DNA from: Octopus sinensis | Lineage: Eukaryota | Assembly: GCF_006345805.1 (NCBI RefSeq) | Contig: NC_043001.1 | Location: 45,198,001 to 45,262,000 of the forward strand | Direction of reading: 5' to 3' | Length of the DNA: 64,000 nucleotides | Shown: positions 25,880 to 39,845 of the stretch, piece after piece | How the letters are laid out: every line of letters starts with the position of its first letter | Numbering within the stretch: the stretch's first letter is position 1 | Program-made: the position numbers and the translations under genes | The notes under the pieces: model-generated | What the model was told of the DNA's origin: nothing | The model's input: the letters and a program-made list of their open reading frames with translations, nothing else | Database searches by the model: none

Positions 25880-26465
25880 ACACCCTTCTTTCAGTTTTTG
25901 GAGGGGGTTTTTGAGTTTTTTTGTTTTTTTTAAGTTGTGAGTCTGAAAGAAAGGACAGTGCCCATGACTTTCACAGGCCTCCCAAAACTAGTAAGCTGTA
26001 TGTTTAAAACTGTTGCAGATCAACACTTGCAGAAATTGGTAGGGGGAAGATTCCAGAGGACTGATGTTGTGGGAAGGTGATTAGTGCAGAGCTAGAGGAG
26101 TTGGTGATAAGATGTGGAAAAAAGATTGAACAGGAGAGACAAGCCAATTCTAAGGAATGGAGGCCGTGATAATGATACTAAAGACAAAGAGAGGAGACAG
26201 CATACCTGTGGGTCATGCCTGTTATTGATTTAATGCCAATCAACCAAGTGACCTTTCTTTGGATGTAATCTAAGTACAGCTTTGATGTGTGTACTCTAGA
26301 TTGCATATAGATGATGCAGAACTGGGGAGGACTAGGGAGGAATGATAGGTTGTATCATCTGTATAAGAGTGGGCATTGCTGGACAGAGGGGCAAAAAAGG
26401 TAATTGAAGTATAGAAAAAGGAAAGCAGGGAACTAAACAACCTTGGGGCACAAAGTCAGCATTGC
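25880..26465 (-). mobile_element. CR1/L2-like LINE RT remnant with internal deletion
   Basis: Minus strand gives VPQG (26440-26451), HSYTDDTT (YTDD = YADD variant, 26354-26365) and HRYAVSSLCL..Y.GL.S.ELA (~26130-26210), all typical of CR1/L2 RT. The spacing is shorter than in an intact ORF. Confidence 0.75.
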
Positions 26466-26519
26466 AAGCTAATAAAATGCATATACACTTTTCCTTTCAC
26501 TTGTAGTAAAAGGAAGGTG

Positions 26520-27110
26520 GGATCACCACATATCCCACTAACCAAAATTTGCCCTTATCCTTCCTTCAGTCAGCATGAAATTTGTTTTATCCCTTGTAGG
26601 TTTATCATCAACTTGATCAGGCTTTGGTTAATCCTTCAAATTACTATAAAGTTTAGGCACTCTAGAGTGGAAATTTTTGATGAAAGACTTCCAGTTTTAT
26701 ATTTGCCTCCAGTCTGGGCTCATAATCTTTTTGTATGTGCCCTGACGGTTTCCTATCTTTTCCAGAGCTCCATCTTCCTGTTAGTACAAGACTGTGAGGT
26801 GAAACTGCTGTCTGTAACTTCTGGTTGGCATTGAGCTGAAAGTTAAGATCCCTCAGCATCCTAGAGCCAAGTCTCATTGGCTCCAGGTGCCAGTGGTTCT
26901 GTGAATGAAGTGATTCTATTTGCTTTCACCCTGGCTATTCTTGGAGCTGTGATTATGGCTTTGCAACCTCAGAGTGATCATAGTTATCTGCTGTTGTTTA
27001 ATACTATCCATCTCCCTTACTGATTTTCTTTGTTTTGGGCAATAGATCCTGGTGTAAACAATTAGGCGGCCTGCCTTCAACAACCAGTCTGAATAACCTC
27101 CTTCCAACCC
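26520..27110 (-). mobile_element. Degenerate LINE RT N-terminal region, probably L1/Tx1 clade
   Basis: Across frameshifts: DWLLKAG...TR...K...GDG...ITM... and NLKD*PKPDQVDD...F...W, approximating Tx1-type 'GDGISNFRPLTMLN' and 'NLDQSKAFDRVDH'. Many stops. Confidence 0.4.
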
Positions 27111-30100
27111 CACTTTTTAAAGAATCAGAGGCATATAATTTTCCCCTTCATGTTTCTTGCACAAGTTCTTTGGACAAGTAATCATTCACTTTTATGATAT
27201 ATCACTTCTACACTTTCTTTTGTCCAGAGTTTACACATGTCCAATAGCTCTTTTTAGTCAGTAATGCTAGAAAAAATAAATTGGTACTGGTAGTGCTTTT
27301 GCTATTGTCATTTCAGTTTACATTTTTACAATTTAAAAAAAATCTTTTTGTGCCCCCTCAAACTGTTTCTGTTTATAGCTGTGTCTACAAAATTTGCTAA
27401 GGCAGCATGTTCACTGCTACTTCCATTATGATAAACACCAATACTACAGAGGTGGCCATATAGAACCACTGATAATAATAATGAGATTAATGTATGCTCA
27501 GGACAGAAAGTAGCAATATGTCAAGTAAAGAAAGACAGTAATGTAAGCAAGAAGTATATGCACAGTACACAGAATAAAACACAAGAAGACAGAAAAGTGA
27601 ACAGTAAAAGAGGCATAAAAAAGAAAGGGTGCATAGGTGCAGTAGTGGTGCTTATGAATTTCAGGAAGCATGGAACTTTTGAAGGATGCAATGTCCTGAT
27701 ACATAACAAAGCAAAATGAATGAACAATGCAAAATTATCAAAAAATAAATATGTACGCTATAAAATCCTTTTATCTTTTTACTAGTTTCAGTCACTGGAC
27801 TGTGGTCATGCAGGAGCACCACTTTGAGAAAATGTCAAAGAATTTTAAAATATTCCTAAGCTCTTTGTTGGTGGGGAAAATGGAAACAATGGAGCAGAGG
27901 TTTAGTTGATTTCATTAACCCTAGCACTTGACAAGTATTTATTTTATCGACATCTATAAGGATGAAAGGCAATGTCAATCCCATCAGAATGTAAAAATGA
28001 TGAAACACTGCAAAGTGCCAAATAAGGATATATTTTCTGAACTTTGAGAATATTATTATTATGAATAATAATAGTACTGTATTTTCTGACATACAAAATT
28101 TACAACCAGACCAAAATTTACAATCAGAAAAGGTAGGTCAACTTATACACTAAGACAACTTTGAAGGACCAAAAATTTCATGTGAAATACAACAGGATTT
28201 GGAAAGATAACAACAATGTTTGAGTGTTTACACTACATGTTTATACTATAAACTAAGTCAACATGCATACCCCAAAATATAGCACCAATAAATATTTCGT
28301 AGGAAGGTAGCGGCTGACAATAATCAGTAAATCATTGAACAAAATAGTTACATCTCTTTGTGTTCTGAGTCAAAATCACACTAAGCTGAACATTGCCTTT
28401 CATCCTTCTTGGATCAATAAAATCAAATCAATATCATCATTACTAAAATTGAAATTAAAGTTGAAAAAAAAATAGATAAATAAGAAAGAGGACAAGGTGG
28501 CAGTGTTATATCTACATTTATATTTTAATATTTTCTGATAATTCAGTTAATTCTATGGTTCGGAACAACAGTGGAGAGCTACTACATCTGCCGGCTGAAG
28601 TATTTTGTGTAAATAACAGAGGGCCATCTGGTCAATGAAAATGTCTTCAGTTATAGCAAAACCATAAAGACTTTTTTGATATTACAGCTATAATGAATAC
28701 TTTTTTACTGCACAAGTAAATATTGAGGGTTCTTTGTTTTCTATTTGACTGTTTGCCTTGTATTGAGTCAGAGAAACTAACCCTAATTTCCTTCTTGACT
28801 ACTTTCCATTTTACCCCAAATCCAGCTGTTTATGGGGAGTATTTTATCAAACCTTTTGTGCTTTGAAAATACTCCCACCCATACCAACACTGCTTTAGTC
28901 ATAACCACTGCTATGTCATCAGACCTTAAATTTCTGAACAATATACATAAACAGACTTTTTATCATCACAGCTTAAGCCTTCACTCTTTCAACAACTGGA
29001 TGATGATGATGTCAGTTTTTTTTTGTGAAGTACTAGCACATGTGAGGCAATGTATTTTAATCTTGCTCCAAATATACACATACACCTTATATTTTTCTTC
29101 ATGGCAACCACACAATAGAACAAGCTTCCAGTTATTCCTTTGATATTTAGAAAACACTAGTTTCTGTTGATAAGGCAAAAGGCCAGTGGAAGATAGTGCA
29201 GTTGACTAGATTTACGTAAGTAATAATACTGATCCTTTAATTTCAATCTTAAATCCAAGGCAATGTGTAAAGACAAAAATGAAATTTTTAGAATCTCTGT
29301 ATGTCTTTACTCTGTAGATCTTCATATGTGTATATATGTGTAGCTATGTGTGACTATGTGTGTACAGGAGTGGCTATATGTGTGTGCATGTCATTGAGCA
29401 TACATATGTAACTATATGTGCATATGCATGAGGGACTACATGTCCATCAGCATGTATATTTTCACATCTTCACAAGTGTACTATGCATGCTTACTCTCGT
29501 ATGTGAGTCTATTCACATGCATGTCTTTGCATGTATAGTGTGTCTGTCTGCGTGGGTAGTTAAACAAGAAGAAACAAAATTTATCACCTATCATGTCAAT
29601 CTTCTGTAATCAGGAGTGGAGACTCAAACAGACATGATCTGGATGTACAGGGGCGGAGACAGAAAAGGGGGAGGGCTATCTACCACAATGACAAATGTTA
29701 GAATAAAGTTTTCTAATACTTCTTCATTGAATTCCCCAATGTAAATGCCCCACCATGTTGCAATGAGTTATCCCTTTTTTTTGCTTAGAATCCTTGGTGA
29801 CACTTTTTCACCTGCTTCTAACAACTTTACTACACTAAATCATATTTTTAGTAATTTCAGTCAGACAAAATAGAAACATAATTCACAGAAGCATTTATTA
29901 TATGACTTTATCCATTTTCTTATGTTTTTCATTTGTATCACCACTTCTTCACCACCACCACAGTGCTGAATCTCTGTTTTTCTATTCTACTTCTCTTCCT
30001 GCTTCTCATTGAAAGTTTTTTTTTTATTTCTAGTCATTTTATTTCTCTTCCCTCTGGTTCCCTCTCTACTGCTATGTATTCCTCTTTCTCTTTTAGCTTT

Positions 30101-30169
30101 TTACTCACCACTTCACTCTCTCTCTCTCTCTCACCCTTTCCTTCTGCTTGATTTTCTCTTTCTCTCTTC

Positions 30170-31500
30170 CCCTAGAATCATGAGCAACATGACAATTTAT
30201 AGCAAAAAGACTTTATTAATGTTGTGCTGCTGCTGATTATGACATGACAGCTGATTTTAATTTAAGCAAGGTGACAAATTTTTTTATAAATGTAGCTTCC
30301 AATTTATGGCCACGTCCAAATATAATTTGTTTTTCAACAAGAAGTAGGTACATGATGCTTCCATCCACAATGCCATGGAAAAAAAGGACTTGTCACAGGC
30401 ACACATTTGATTTACAAATAGAATATCAATTTAATCAAAATTGATTCCATCACATCAACAGTTTCCAGATGGTTAATGGTCCCTATAGTGTCTTCAACAA
30501 AAAATCACTTTGTATGAAAAGCATCAAATACACCAAAGAGTTTCCAGAATAACTTAACAAGAAGACCTAAATAGAAGATTGCAATCCTTGATACAGAAGA
30601 ATAAGTAAAGAGGTTTAAGACTTTCAAACTTTGGTTGGGTAGCACAAAATTTACAATGGCTGGATAGTTCCCTACTTCCTACTCCTACTGAGACATTTTA
30701 TAAAAATCAATTTTGAGTTCTGCAATTCAATAAAGTTCATCAAATACATCTGTACATATAATCATCAAGAGATCTAATACTGCAATGTTTGTTCTGACAC
30801 TGCAAAACAGGTTTGATGAAGTTACCCAAATACCAGCAAGGTAAAGCAATGACAATGCATCTTCAGCAATGAGGCATTCTGATGCTTTTTCACATTTTTT
30901 ATTCATAAAGAAACCTTAGCATTCAACAACTTGTCCATACGCAAAATTTTCAGTACATTTACTTCACTCATGAAACTGCCACACAAGCATCTCTTATTAT
31001 AAGGTCTAAGAGACACAATGCTTATAGCTTTTGCAAATTGTAGCAGTATTAGCCCCTTACAGAAACAAAGTGTTCCTGCTGAAAACAAACCAGACATGAA
31101 GGATGGCTGTGCCATTGGAAGAGAGTACACTGTATACATGAATGCTTTTTTCTTTGACTTCTCCATAAAATGTGGAGTTAAAGTTCATTTCAAGATCTTT
31201 GAATGGTAAAGAGCAAATTTTGCACCACTTATATGCTTTATACTTGGATTACTAGATGATAGTGGCCAGTAGGGTACATCATAATCAGTAACTTCTATAT
31301 ACGACACAGCGAAAAGACCTAGTGTTCTTTTTACTATGCTGTTAAAATGATGGGAACTATCCTTCTAGTCCACTTCAACTCTGGCTAAAAATTTAAAGCA
31401 TTAAGCTCAGCAAATGTATCCCATCATGGAAATACGGTACACAGATGAAACTGACAATGCAGCCTCCATCAACAAGCTCAAGAATATAAATGACAAAGAA
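30170..31500 (+). mobile_element. Helitron (rolling-circle transposon) Rep/HUH-domain remnant, pseudogenised
   Basis: Colinear Helitron RepHel motifs across frames: WKKR/GLSQAHI (30376-30407; consensus EWQKRGLPHAH), MVNGPYSVFNKKSLCMK (30469-30519), YTKEFP, NP*YRR, NGWIVPY (30655-30675), INFEFCNSIKFIKYICTY (30706-30759; KYxxKY Y2 motif), FSNEAF*, AIGREYTV (31111-31134), SFQDL (31185-31199), CFILGLLDD (31234-31260), PSSPLQLW (31361-31384). Confidence 0.88.
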
Positions 31501-31915
31501 CTTAAACAATAACACCTCCCTCCACTTAACTATACTGAATTTAACATTGTACCAGAAATTTTATACTCTTTTTATGTAAATTCCTTGGATACTGGTCAAT
31601 TTCAGTAGTAGTTACACCTACTGAAGCAGGAACACATATCCATGAATGTGCTCTTATCTCCAGACAATAAGCCTGCCATTTTCCTTAATGGCATGTCAGC
31701 TTTGGCGAATTTATGATTCTTGAGATTATCTCCCTTTCTTATATGGAGCTCATCTTAATTGCCATTTGGTAATTATGACACATCTTCATGAGGCAAAGAT
31801 AACTTTAGTAAATCAAGAATTTATGTTGTATGGTATTTGACATATTTGTATTTGTCTGTGTTGTTCACATACATGCCACTGGTCACTCTGAGTTATTTCT
31901 CTTAGCTCACTTTTG

Positions 31916-31917
<2 letters not shown>

Positions 31918-31960
<43 letters not shown>
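31918..31960. repeat. (AC)n microsatellite
   Basis: Direct reading. Confidence 0.95.
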
Positions 31961-31964
<4 letters not shown>

Positions 31965-33339
31965 CAGCTGGAAGGTGTACTGGATATAATGCATGATAAA
32001 TTCATAATTTTGGAAATTTCCTTCATGGACAGAGAAAATAAAGGAAAATCTAGCATTCACTGACTTTCAGCAGCTCTGAATGGGAATGGGAAATAATTTC
32101 AAGAAAAAAATACTCCATAATGAATTGATATCCTGAAAGAAAGTATTTTCATTTTAGAGGCAAGGAACAGTTATGGATTCAGACAGAATCTATAGGCAGT
32201 CACTGGTGTAGTACTATCTTTCTCACCTCTGAATCAGAGGTAGCTATTTGACTTAAACAAAAAGAGTAGAAAATATACACGACTTGAATATTGAGTATAT
32301 ATTTCCACTATAAAATGGTCTCAAAGGCTATAAGGTTCAGACCTTTTTAATATGAGAGGAAAAAAAGGTTTCTCATACTTGAAAACAAATTCTTTTCTTT
32401 GTGAATTAATTTAAAATTTAATCCTATCCTACTAATATCTTACTGGTTGTTATTTTACTGATCTTTCATTAATAAAGGTACAAACCAAACATTATGTTAG
32501 AAATGGGTTTTGACAACAAAGCCAGGATTAAGCCAAATAATGGAATGTTGATAAAATTCATATGGAAGACCTACTTTGGGTAAAATTGGAAGACAGTCAA
32601 GAGAGCAGGGGTAGTTTCAACTTAATGAACTGTAGAGAGGAATGTAAGAACAAAGAAGAATCAGTTGTCTTGTGGCAAGTGATGGCCACAGGTAAAAGCC
32701 TGTTAAAGACATCAAACTCTTTCACAACCCAAGTATGCTGATAGAGGAAAATCTGTTAAAATGGAAAGTAAAATAAACAACCCTGGCCTTTACTTCTACA
32801 TAGGATATTTGCAACACAGGCAGTAACATATATCAAATATACAAAGTATCTGACAGATTGGATACATACACAAATGCACACATCGGCAGTGAGAATGAGC
32901 CAATAAGAGAGGTACAATTTTGTCTCTCAGCCTGCTGCAAATGGTATTCAAACACCAATCATAGCCTACAATCCTAAAACGGGACAGGCACATTGGATAA
33001 TGTAGTCCTAGAGAAACTTCAACTAGGGAGGAAGAAAAAAAAACAAGATGTTCACCAACAGAATAGCTTTCTGCTAGATCAAAAGCTACAATCAGAAGTT
33101 GTCTAGACATCAGCAAAGGAAATATTAATATTTTGGGAATGTTACTTACGAAAATATTCTATAGGCAGGTTCATCTTTTGCATGCTCCATAATTATGTTT
33201 CAAACTAAATAGGCCACAAATAAACTCCAGCTTTATGAAATCCTTTGCCCCAGAAAAAATTTATCATTTTACACATGTATGACTTAATTATCTTCAAATT
33301 ATGTAATTAATTAACTTATATCAAAGGCTAATTACACAA

Positions 33340-33347
33340 ACACATAC

Positions 33348-33415
<68 letters not shown>
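33340..33415. repeat. (CATA)n/(TA)n microsatellite
   Basis: Direct reading. Confidence 0.95.
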
Positions 33416-33418
<3 letters not shown>

Positions 33419-36400
33419 CTAGTAGCCATACCCAGCCTTGCTTGGATTAATTAATATCTAAACTGTGACACTGTTCAGTTGATCAGGAAATGTTAATTCA
33501 CTCAGCAATGTTGCATTGAAGGCAGCTAAAAGATGGTTTAAATTACATTTCATTAAAATATGCAAAATAAATAAATATAAACCTAAAATATAATTTTGTT
33601 CTTGCAATTAAAAAAATTTTCTCAGACTACACGTTAAAGATATATAAAAATACCTTCCACGTTTGACATTGCAAAATAATAATTTCTAACAGAGTTATGC
33701 GGCTTCAAATATAATGGGCAATTATATCGACACCAGTGCTTCACTGGTACTTAATTTTTATCTCTGTCTGGAAGGATGAAAGACAACTCAGAATGTACCA
33801 CAAAGCATTTTGTCCAATGATTTACTTGATTCTGTCAATTTACATACAACCTTCTATAAAATATCAATTGCAGGGGATTCCTTTTTGTTTAGCTTTGTTT
33901 TAACTATTTACTTCTGTTCCTCTATATCTGAAATATATATTAATTAAAACGTTGAGAAAATGTTAACATACCTAATTAGGGAGCATTAAGAGGCCAACTA
34001 CAAATAATTATACTGAGGGGGGAAAACAAAATTAGTCATTGGCTAATATTGTTTGGGTCAGTAAAGTATGGGAAATAACTCCAGGTACTAACAGTAAACA
34101 GCATTATCAGTGAAGCATATCCTTTGCCATACTAACTGAAGTAGTGATGGAAGAATCATTAAATAAATGTACAAGAATGTAACTGGTCCATATAGAAAAT
34201 TAGAATTGTTTCAAGAATAAATAACTCTGAGGATGGTTTATTTATTGGAGCAAATTTTTTTTTAATAAATGAAAACTCTTTCTGCCACTAATCAGTGAAC
34301 TATGAAGTAGGAGTGAAACATCTTTTGTTCAGTCAGAGAAACTAAAGTGACAGATTTTGTAATAGCACAACTCTATGACAGAAATAAGATAAGAATTTTG
34401 TTAAAGGAAGTACTATTGCAGCTGGATATCATGCCAGTTGCTGCAGAACTTAATTGCATCAGTTAGACAAACTGAGACAAGCAGAGTTATGAGCCTTACT
34501 TAAAATCACTACAATGTAAACAAAAGTGTTTTAGTTGTGACCAACTAGTCATAACTAAGCCTACTCAATACATGACTAAATTATCCAACACAGTTTTCAT
34601 TTTTTTGTTTAAATAGTAGGATGTGATTTGTAGGAGACCCAACTGCTATTTCTTACTACTTCCCAATAAGATTTGTATGAACAGATTGTAGGAAGTAATC
34701 TAGAGCCTAAAATTTACAGAAATTGTGTCTCATACAAATTTATTGGAAAAATTAAGAAGAAAAACATAGTTTTAACAACAAAGTATTTGACAAAAGCACT
34801 TATTTTAAATTAGAATATGCCAACTATTTTAGATAAAGGCAATACAAATAATGATCTGAGGCAAGAAATTTGTAATGAAGAAGCTTAGTTGATTGTATTA
34901 CCCTTCAGAACATGGCTCATACTTATTTTATTGACACGAAAATGAATAATAAAGTTGCTTCTAATGAGATATAAACTGCCATGTATTTAGTTTAATAGTC
35001 TGTAAAAATTTAGTTTAGTTTAAGGGAAGTGGTAGTATAAATTTCAATATGTAGTGCAACAAAAATATTTTTGAGAGAAAAGACAATAAAATCTACTTAA
35101 AACATTGCATATTTCTTGAAATCTGCAACAATGGCACCTAACATTTTGAATTTTAAATCTTCCACTCAACTACAGACTCTGTCATATAATGCCTTTAGCT
35201 TATTCTTAGAAGTAGACTCTCACAAACTGAGTCAACAGAATAGAAACCTCTACTCAATCACTCAGCTTACTAGAAAGAACAGCCAAATCACCTACAAAAT
35301 CGTCTTCAAGAAAGTAAACACAAATTAGATAACATAATTCTGGTATTGGGTGTTGGGGTACCTATAAGGCTGGAACAACTTTGATCTAAATCTTCTTGAT
35401 CACAGTTTATCAGAGATTAAACATCAGCAAATCTACATAAAAATAGCCAAGGATCGTCTATATGGTCATTTGACCTGGTAGAAATAGCAGTCAAAATCCC
35501 ATAAAACTGACTCAAATGTCATGGAAAAAAAAAAAAGCAAATGATGGATAATATAGACTGAGATAAACTATATTTATAAAAAAAAAGATAACCTGGTCTC
35601 AACAGGAATGCTTATGGTCATACTCAATCAGACCTGACCAGGTGTTAACAGAAAGCTATTCAAATCTTTCTCTATGACTCAATACCTACACACTCATGAA
35701 GTCATTAATACACATATTAACTAAGATAGATTTATTAATGGGTTTCTTTTATTAACCATTTCTCTTTAATTACTACTTAATAATTGAAAGCAAACAAATT
35801 TACTATTGTTGTTGCTTTCATTTGTAGTTATTACATGAAAAACTTTATATGATATACACACACACACACACATTTCTCCTCTCTCTCTCTCTATATATAT
35901 ATATATATCATCATAGTGTTTACATCTGCTTCTCTAAGCAGGTATGAGTTGAATGAGGCTTTTAGATGCCCTGTTTAAAAACCAGATGCTTTTCTTTAAA
36001 TAAACCCTTTTAATTGCCTGTTACAGTTTACCAGAATACAATGTACCTATTCTTAACACACACACACACACACACACAGAAGGTTTTGAAGATCATGTCC
36101 CACATAATTCATTTAGATGAAGAAATTATTTACTTTAAAACAAGCCCACATACAATTAAGTTCAAAGCATATGATATTGAAATTTTCTTTTGCTATAGAG
36201 CTACTTGAATTCAAAGTAATACAACTTCATCTGCTGTGTGAGACTATTTCCTGCTGTCCACTCAAGTAAGAGATTGGTCTTTTTCTGCCATTTAAGATGA
36301 AAAGATTGTGATAGAATCATCATACAACACTCCAATTCAATCAATGAGGGAGCCTCTATGCAGCTGATTGCTGTGATAGAAATACCCATCAAATTCATTC

Positions 36401-36529
36401 AAATCACACTCTACCTTCTTAAAAAAAGGGAAGGATGCATTAGCCAATCACACAAAGACAAAGGAGTACTGAAGAATATGAAACAAACTGTGCACACAAA
36501 ATCTTCCCTTTGGAATAGTATACCTTTTA

Positions 36530-36900
36530 CTTCTTACTAGTTTCAGTCATTATACTGTGGCCGTACTGGGGCACCACCTGGAAGACTTTTAGTCAAACAA
36601 ATCGACCCCAGTACTTACTTTTTAAAAGCCTGGTACTTATTCTATTGGTCTTTTTCGCCAAACTGCTAAGTTATGAGGATGTAAACACACAAACACTGGT
36701 TGTCAAGCTGTGATGGAGGACAAACACAAGTACACACACACACGAGTTTCTTTCAGTTTCCATCTACCAAATCCACTCATAAGGCTTTGGTTGGCCTGAG
36801 GATATAGTAGAAGACATTTGTTCAAGGTGTCATGCAATGGGAATGAACACAGAACCAAGTGGCTGGGAAGCAAACATTTTACAACACACCCACACCTAGC
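36530..36900 (-). mobile_element. Abundant tRNA-derived SINE, minus-strand copy
   Basis: tttcagtcattatactgtggccgtactggggcaccacc...aatcgaccccagtactt...ttctttcagtttccatctaccaaatccactcataaggctttgg...ctgggaagcaaac. Confidence 0.88.
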
Positions 36901-37214
36901 CTACAGTATATTAAAAATAAAATATGTCACACAACCTACACAACAGCAACAATAAGAAAGGACAGAAGAATCTTAACAGACTGAGAAAAGTATATCATCA
37001 TCATCATCATTATCAATTAACATCTGTTTTCCAAGCTGGTATGGGTTGGATGGTTTGGTGGGCTGGCTAGGCAGAGAACTGCCTCAGGCTTCACTGTCTG
37101 TTTTAGCAGGGCTTTTATGGCTGGATGCCCTTCCAAACTCCAACCACCATATGACTTTCAAGAAAAAATGTTCATGAATACTGTTTTCATATTCATATTT
37201 TAAAGAAAGAGAGC

Positions 37215-37625
37215 ACTGCTTCCCAACCATGTGAGTCTCAGGTTCAGTTCCGCTGCACAGTACTTTGGGCAAGTCTTTTCTATTCTAGCCCTGCGCCAAC
37301 AAAAGCCTTGTGAGTGGATTTGGCAGACAAAAACTGAAAGAAGCCTATCATGTGTGTGCATGCATGTGTGTGTGTGTGTGTGTGTGTCTGCGCATATGCA
37401 TGTGCACGTGTGTTTTCTGTGTATCTTTCTCTTAACATTATCTATGATTGTAAACAAGCATCACCAACATACAAGTGGTGCTGTTCATTTTCAATTTCAA
37501 CGAAGAACATGTCCATGAGAAAATATCACCTAGCTTTGAAACAGGTGAGGTTTGATGACAAGAAGAACATCTGGTCATAGAAAATTCCCTCTGATGCCAA
37601 GCATAGATAAGTGAACATTAAGTGA
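37215..37625 (+). mobile_element. Abundant tRNA-derived SINE, plus-strand copy
   Basis: cttcccaaccatgtgagtctcaggttcagttccgctgcacagtactttgggcaagtc...gccttgtgagtggatttggcagac...(tg)n...gtgaacattaagtgacgatgatg. Confidence 0.85.
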
Positions 37626-39080
37626 CGATGATGTCTTCTTTATATAATCCAAATGAATTTTTGTAAGGGTGGGTGGGTATTATAATCAACTGAATTTGCT
37701 GGACCTTTTTATTGTTTATTTACTTTTTTACAAAATGACAAATGACACTTTATACAGGGACCCAATCTCTAGAAAAATTGCTTGCATTTATATATTAACA
37801 AACTTTTTTATTTTTAAAAAATCTTTTTTTTTTATTAACATTACTATAGTAAATACAAGACTGTTTTACAGCTTTTGTCAAATTTGCATGGTGGAGTGAT
37901 TTTGTTGGAATAATTGTTTTATAAGTGTATAAATGCATTTCTTACAGCTACTAATTACTCAACCATGACATGAGAGTGCAGCTTGTGGTTTGATTATCAA
38001 TTAAACTGGAGAAACCAAATGTGAATTCTGACATTTTAGGAGAGTCTTTCTTCAAAACTCACCTTTTAGATAATGTAGTTCTTGATACACTGTATGTAGA
38101 GAAGAGGAATTAGTTGGTCACTAAATCACCTCTGGTCATAAAGCTTCTTACTCAGAGCTGCTCTGTGGCTGAATAATAACAACTTGGGCATCTCACTTGC
38201 TTCAAATGATGAAAAACTGAATCAGTTCTAGTGGAATATGAATTTAGTACCAAAAGGAATGGAAAATTACTGTAAGCCCAGTGTTTCTGCCTCCCACCAT
38301 CGTCTCTACTCCACTTGGAACATATCAATAAAATCTTGATTTGACATTAAGTCAAAGGATATGGGGAAGTAGAAACTGGAAAGTTGAGTTAATACAAGTT
38401 CTTTCAGGAATTCTTATCTTTCCACAGAAAATTCTCAATACTGGAAATGAATCTATTCCAGCCAGATAACAAAGATGGAAGGTACAACTCAGTTAAATGT
38501 GAACTAACAAAACAGAAAATGAGAAACCAAAGAGTGGAAAATGTGAAACCCCACCACCACCACCACCACTTTAAAGGAATCTGTTCCAGACATGGAACAA
38601 AACATACAACAAAGTGGTTGACTGACACAATTCACTCTCAACACTAGAATCACAGAATATAAACTAAGGAAGACAAAACGAAGAGTTTAGAAATAAGAGC
38701 AAGTTCTTTTGTTGAATATATTAATTGCAGCAATTACATTCCTGTCAGCCATGAGAGTGAGTAGGTGGTGGCAGTTAACTATTGCAATCTATAAAATGTG
38801 GTTTGTGTTTCCTTCATTTAACTTTAATGGGTTTACAATAAACCATCTTCTAAGATATGTTCTTTCTCTATTTTTGGCATTAGGTATAGGAAAACAAAAA
38901 TGAGATATTACAACAATGTTGCTGAATGCCATGTACATATTTAGTATGTACAAAATAAAGCCAAAGAATCAGTAAGAATGCAAAACCAAGAAATAACAAA
39001 TGAATTTATATAAAATAACTACAAAATTATTGAGTTGTATGGATAAGTCTTTCTTATAATAATAGTTATAATAATAATAG

Positions 39081-39191
39081 GGATACAGGCATCCAGCAAC
39101 AGGACCTCCGTAATGCCATGATGGACTGTAAAGTCTGGCGTAGCATGGTAAATTCCATTGTCTCGACCACAGTCGAACAATGATGATGATG
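39081..39191 (+). mobile_element. Severely 5'-truncated copy of young RTE-2 LINE with 13-bp TSD
   Basis: Encodes ...DTGIQQQDLRNAMMD.KVWRSMVNSIVSTTVEQ* followed by (TGA)n. Flanked by ataataataatag at 39068-39080 and 39192-39204. It shows 6 differences in 100 nt from the copy at 53.55-53.65k. Confidence 0.92.
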
Positions 39192-39789
39192 ATAATAATA
39201 ATAGTAGCAGTGGTAATAAGTATGTAAAATACTGTCAATTACAGAATAAACATGCAATAAAGTTTAGTAGTTAATTAGTTGCAGGTTATAAAATGGGTAT
39301 ATTAATTAATTAATAACTCATTTAATTCACACAGAGTAGAAATACATTACACAAATGACATATCTCTCTTCTTCTTCACACACACACACACACAGAGGCC
39401 AGAACAATTTAGTAGTTAAGGTGCTTACATCAACAAGTTTGCAGGTCATATGCTCTAATTTGGTCATAAACATTTCCATTCCACATTTCATCACTCTTCA
39501 CCTGTTGCACATCCAAGATATTGCACTAAACATTCACTCTATCCCTCTTCTCCAGAACTGCAACTACTTGGAAATTCACTCACTAACTACATTTCTGTTT
39601 ACAGATATCCAAACTGAAGCTCAACCACATCAATTACCTATGTCTGAGGGGGATGGGGCTGCAAACCACAAGAGTGGTGCCCCTCCTATTACTTGGAGGT
39701 AGTGATAGTAACATACACTACATTCAAATGTGACAGAGTTCAAAGTGGGGATTATACACTTTATACCCTACCCTCTCCTAACCACAAGC

Positions 39790-39790
39790 A

Positions 39791-39843
<53 letters not shown>
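39790..39843. repeat. (TA)n microsatellite
   Basis: Direct reading. Confidence 0.95.

Positions 39844-39845
<2 letters not shown>

Noticed and set aside
26420-26640. Apparent DIRS-type RT motif (KGKVYMHF...LCAPRLFS) on the minus strand
   Set aside because: The same bases read VPQG in the frame leading to YTDD (CR1/L2), and the upstream part fits a LINE 'DxSKAFDRVD' motif better. No tyrosine recombinase or RNase H was seen.
29640-29680. GC-box (ggggcggag) as a promoter
   Set aside because: It is a single motif in what appears to be decayed TE sequence, with no CpG island or other promoter evidence.
30903-31209. ORFs 30903-31166 (-) and 31018-31209 (+) as independent genes
   Set aside because: The + ORF is a piece of the Helitron fossil and the - ORF is its antisense shadow.
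31430-31500. IRYTDETD as a possible RT YADD motif
   Set aside because: It follows directly on colinear Helitron motifs, and no other RT motifs flank it.
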